NCBI GenBank assembly: GCA_036759025.1
Contig: DAIOVL010000006.1
Coordinates: forward strand, 69,709 to 133,708
Length of the DNA: 64,000 nt
Reading direction: 5' to 3'
DNA from: Bacteroidales bacterium
GTDB taxonomy: Bacteria; Bacteroidota; Bacteroidia; Bacteroidales; VadinHA17
Part shown: positions 60,658 to 64,000 of the stretch, piece by piece
Layout of the letters: every line of letters begins with the position of its first letter
Position numbering within the stretch: the first letter of the stretch is position 1
Program-made: the position numbers and the translations under genes
The notes under the pieces: generated by a model
What the model was told of the DNA's origin: nothing
The model's database searches: none
Seen by the model: the letters and a program-made list of their open reading frames with translations, nothing else

Positions 60658-62760
60658 ATGAAAAAGTTATTATTTATCATACTGGTTGCAGGAGTGTTAT
60701 TTAACACGTCGTGCAATAAGGATTATCTTAATGTGTCCTCACCTTCGGCAGTTGACCAGGATTTTGTCTTCTCAGCTCCTGAGGAAGCATGGAAGGTTAT
60801 GGTAGGATGCTATGATATCTGGAGAGGTGGAAATAACGGTCTGTTTTATGATATCGACATTGTCGGATCAGATGCGGAATGCCATCCGGAAACTTACGAT
60901 GCACAGCAGAGACATATTCCCGAAGGTCTGTATGCATCTGAAATACCTATCAATTACTCGAATTCAGTAGGTATATGGGCAAGCCTTTACAGTGTTGCCA
61001 ACAGGTCGAATATGATAATGGAGGCAATAAGGGAAAAACCTGAATATCAAAGCGGTGTAACAACAAATACGGCTAACGTATGGACTCAGCTTTATGGAGA
61101 AGCAGCCGTATTCAGAGCTTACGCCTATTTTAACCTGATCCGGTATTTTGGTGATGTCCCCTATTTCCAGGAATCTATTTATTCTACAGCCCAGACTGAC
61201 AGTTCGACTCTTATATCGCGCGATATAATATACGACGGTGAGCTCGAAAATCTGATTGCTGTTGAACCTCTGATGTACCGTCTGGGCGAAGGAGGCATCA
61301 ATGCAGAACGCTTCAGCCGCACATTTGCACAGGCACTGATAGGTAAAATGGCTCTCTTTGCAGGAGGCTACGGACTCCGCAGAACTGATTTTGATTATGG
61401 AAATGTTACCTTTATTCAGAAAGGAACCGAACAGTGGAATGCCAAATATGTCAGACTTACAAACTACAAGGATTACTATGAGATTGCAAGGACATACCTT
61501 GCTGCCTGTGTTCAGAATCCGGGTTCGGCATATCTAATCACTACAGATCCCAGGGGGGCGGGCTTCAACAATCCCTTCCAATATAACTTCCAGAGAAACA
61601 TGGATCTTGTTGTAAGTCCCGAATCAATATATGAAGTAGGTATCACAAGGGCACAGAGTAATTCGGAGCGTCCGTATGCTTTCGGCCGGCCTTCAGGAGG
61701 AGGAGGATCAAACGCATATCCCTGCAAGAGTTACGGACAGAGTCGTTTGTACGCCTCTTTTTACTACGGAGACTTCGACCCGAAAGATCTCAGGAGAGAT
61801 GTTACAGCCACAGTTACCGCCAATTCGGGAGCTTGCTCTGAGGTGATCGTGGATTTCACCCCGGGATCAAGGAACAAAGGCGGGCTGCCTAACAACAAGT
61901 GGGATGAAAGCCGTATGGCTGATCCGTGGACCACCAGACAAAGACAGAGCGGAGTGAACTGGGTTCAGATGCGTATGGCTGATGTAATACTGATGCTGGC
62001 TGAAGTGTATGCCGAACTTGACCAGGAACCTCAGGCTAAAGCAGAACTGACAAAAGTCAGAAGCCGTGCTTTCTCTGCTGATGATCAGACAGCAATGGTT
62101 ACAGACTATATTGCAGGTCTATCCGGAGAAGCATTAAAGGAAGCTATACAGCAGGAAAGAAAACTTGAACTGGCAGGCGAAGGATACCGCAGGTTCGACC
62201 TTATCCGTACAGGCAAGCTGCCTGAAAAAATTGTTGAACTCCGCGACCTCCAGACAGAAATGGTGGATGGACTGTCAACCGATGGATACTATACATTCGC
62301 TAACGGTAATACGATATCCAACTATATCTGGGTGAAAAAGGTAAATGTATCTGACCTCGGGATGTCAAAGATGCTTACAGCAGCCTGCACTGTCGACGAA
62401 ACCGATCCCACCTGGCCTGTAAGGTTCCCGGGATGGCGTGGTAACTGCGACCTGTGGGGAGATCTAGGATTCACCGGTGAGACCGGGACCAGAAACCTTG
62501 CAATTCAGGGCCTCTTCAGGTACATCGATCCCACAGGACTGGAAGCCACATCGCTGGAAGCTGACGGGTATGTAAAAACTGCATGGGGTGCAAACATTAT
62601 AGCCAATGCTGACCAGTATACCACCAACATCTTCAAAGGATACCCCGATTCATACTATTCGACAGGGATCCCACCGAGATATCTTTTCCCGCTTTCATCA
62701 GAAACCATTTCCAAATCGAACGGACTGATAACTAACGGTTACGGATTTCCACAGGAATAA
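60658..62760 (+). CDS. susD: SusD/RagB-family nutrient-binding lipoprotein
   Basis: Lipobox LFNTSC, located immediately after susC (21-nt gap). Conserved SusD blocks RMADVILMLAEVYAEL and ERKLELAGEGYRRFDLIR. Confidence 0.9.
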   Translation: MKKLLFIILVAGVLFNTSCNKDYLNVSSPSAVDQDFVFSAPEEAWKVMVGCYDIWRGGNNGLFYDIDIVGSDAECHPETYDAQQRHIPEGLYASEIPINYSNSVGIWASLYSVANRSNMIMEAIREKPEYQSGVTTNTANVWTQLYGEAAVFRAYAYFNLIRYFGDVPYFQESIYSTAQTDSSTLISRDIIYDGELENLIAVEPLMYRLGEGGINAERFSRTFAQALIGKMALFAGGYGLRRTDFDYGNVTFIQKGTEQWNAKYVRLTNYKDYYEIARTYLAACVQNPGSAYLITTDPRGAGFNNPFQYNFQRNMDLVVSPESIYEVGITRAQSNSERPYAFGRPSGGGGSNAYPCKSYGQSRLYASFYYGDFDPKDLRRDVTATVTANSGACSEVIVDFTPGSRNKGGLPNNKWDESRMADPWTTRQRQSGVNWVQMRMADVILMLAEVYAELDQEPQAKAELTKVRSRAFSADDQTAMVTDYIAGLSGEALKEAIQQERKLELAGEGYRRFDLIRTGKLPEKIVELRDLQTEMVDGLSTDGYYTFANGNTISNYIWVKKVNVSDLGMSKMLTAACTVDETDPTWPVRFPGWRGNCDLWGDLGFTGETGTRNLAIQGLFRYIDPTGLEATSLEADGYVKTAWGANIIANADQYTTNIFKGYPDSYYSTGIPPRYLFPLSSETISKSNGLITNGYGFPQE

Positions 62761-62788
62761 TGGTAAATGATATTCTTTACTGAAAAAA

Positions 62789-62821
62789 ATAATCCGTCAA
62801 TAAAATGGCGGATTATTTTTT
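62789..62821 (+). terminator. rho-independent terminator after susD
   Basis: The ATAATCCGTC ... GGCGGATTAT stem has an 8-nt loop, is flanked by A7 upstream, and is followed by T5. Confidence 0.6.
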
Positions 62822-62871
62822 CAGTTAAATCTTTTTAACTTTTTGTCAGGGGCAAAAAGAAGTAATTTTCC

Positions 62872-62879
62872 TATGTTTG
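62872..62879 (+). promoter_or_regulatory. candidate -7 box (TATGTTTG) for the LamG-like gene
   Basis: Matches TAnnTTTG, 22 nt upstream of ATG 62902. No well-spaced -33 element. Confidence 0.3.
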
Positions 62880-62901
62880 ATAAACATCTTTACCATCACC
62901 A

Positions 62902-63585
62902 ATGACCATGCTGCTGAATCTCATAATATCAGGACTTATATCTGTCATTTATTTAAATAATCATAATATGATACAAAACAACGAACCTCAGATGACAAAG
63001 GTCATGGCAGAGTGGTATCTTGCCAGCCTGACAGAGAAAATGGAGCCCGCCGTTAAAATAAAGGGCAAACCAGCTATTACAGCCTCCCGGTATGGAAAGG
63101 CAGTATCCTTCAATGGCGCCACAGACGTAATTTTCCTTGAAGAAAATCCCCTGAAGGACCTGGGCAGCTTTACCATAGAGGCCATTTTCATGCCTGCATC
63201 CGGGGGAAACTTTGAACAGCGCTTTCTTCATATCGGCGAGACACAGGGTGACAGGGTGCTCCTGGAACTGAGAGCAACCGAGACACACTGGTATTTTGAT
63301 GCATTCATAACCGTCGGAGATGAAAAGTGCACGCTTATAGACCCCGAACGCCTTCACCCCATGGATGAATGGTACCATGTGGCCTATGTGATCGACAACG
63401 GAAAGCTTGAGACCTGGGTAAACGGCAAAAAAGAACTTGAAGGCAGTATTGTAATGGCTCCTGTCAAAGGAGGAAAAACCTCATTTGGAGCCAGGCAAAA
63501 CGAGGTATCGTGGTTCAGGGGTACAATTTACAAAGTGAAAATTACTGCCGAAGCTCTTACACCCGACAAATTCATCAATCATTAA
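62902..63585 (+). CDS. LamG/concanavalin-A-like lectin-fold protein
   Basis: FNGATDVIFLEE...FTIEAIFMP...WYHVAYVIDNGKLETWVNGK...FRGTIYKVKI is the classic Laminin_G_3-type pattern. The start is uncertain (62902 or internal Met codons up to about 63007), and there is no clear signal peptide. Confidence 0.55.
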   Translation: MTMLLNLIISGLISVIYLNNHNMIQNNEPQMTKVMAEWYLASLTEKMEPAVKIKGKPAITASRYGKAVSFNGATDVIFLEENPLKDLGSFTIEAIFMPASGGNFEQRFLHIGETQGDRVLLELRATETHWYFDAFITVGDEKCTLIDPERLHPMDEWYHVAYVIDNGKLETWVNGKKELEGSIVMAPVKGGKTSFGARQNEVSWFRGTIYKVKITAEALTPDKFINH

Positions 63586-63654
63586 TACAGGAGAGATTTC
63601 TTCTTTAAATGAACTGAAAATTCAGTATTTCTCTCTTTTTATAAATAATCACGT

Positions 63655-64000
63655 ATGATCAGATATTCAAAAAAAATAATCTGTATTTTATTCATTTCTA
63701 TACTGTTATGTCAACAGAGTTTTGCCCAGAGGAAAGATCTGAAGAACGAAGTGAATCAGACAATGATGAAGGCAACCCGTTATATGGTTGAGACTGTAAG
63801 TACAAATGGAGGTTATGTCTGGTTCTATCTGCCCGACTTTTCAAGGCGCTGGGGTGAGATGGAAGCATTCAAAACCATGATCTGGGTTCAGAGTCCCGGA
63901 ACCGTTAGCATGGGGCACCTCTTCCTCGACGCATACAGAACCACAGGCGACGAATACTATTATCAGGCAGCTGAGAAGACAGCAGCAGCTCTGATATGGG
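63655..64000 (+). CDS. exported protein, N-terminal part only (possibly an alpha/alpha-toroid polysaccharide lyase/hydrolase-like protein)
   Basis: The ATG at 63655 gives MIRYSKKIICILFISILLCQQSFAQ (signal peptide), and the frame is open to the window end. The idea of a PL10-like pectate lyase rests only on the PUL context and the STNGGYVWFY segment. Confidence 0.45.
   Translation, partial: MIRYSKKIICILFISILLCQQSFAQRKDLKNEVNQTMMKATRYMVETVSTNGGYVWFYLPDFSRRWGEMEAFKTMIWVQSPGTVSMGHLFLDAYRTTGDEYYYQAAEKTAAALIW

Overview
The window looks like a Bacteroidota chromosomal segment. The evidence is a SusC/SusD pair, a hybrid two-component system (HTCS), LytS-type kinase/LytTR regulator pairs, a 286-aa RpoD and TTTG/TAnnTTTG promoter boxes. 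It is densely coding: I make 43 protein-coding calls (2 truncated by the window edges), one tRNA-Pro(GGG), no rRNA and no CRISPR array. I recognise no integrase, transposase or defence system. Housekeeping genes (uvrB, rpoD, htrA-like, dapF, rlmN, dacB-like, gyrB, ftsE) are interspersed with exported proteins of unknown function and two LytS/LytTR pairs. There is also an envelope-modification-like cluster (38.7-45.5 kb), a compact group of RNA-binding genes (45.5-47.6 kb) and a pectin-type polysaccharide utilization locus (PUL) from 47.6 kb to the window end. The only sizeable non-coding region (4346-5267) holds the tRNA. The candidates I rate highest for something undescribed are four. (1) A gene neighbourhood of bTHX with a histone-H1-like tail, NYN-OST-HTH(LOTUS), RRM and cold-shock domain genes, which mirrors the domain set of eukaryotic MARF1. 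(2) A mosaic tRNA-Pro-like element directly upstream of the real tRNA-Pro, followed by a hairpin-rich 211-bp segment flanked by 21-bp direct repeats. (3) Four helically phased GGGAAA-N-CCC repeats between the HTCS gene and the GH28-susC-susD operon, a candidate operator. (4) A (GAGTTGT)n heptanucleotide microsatellite spanning the dapF stop codon. All functional calls come from reading motifs in the translations by eye. No database search was run, so family names should be confirmed with HMM or BLAST searches.
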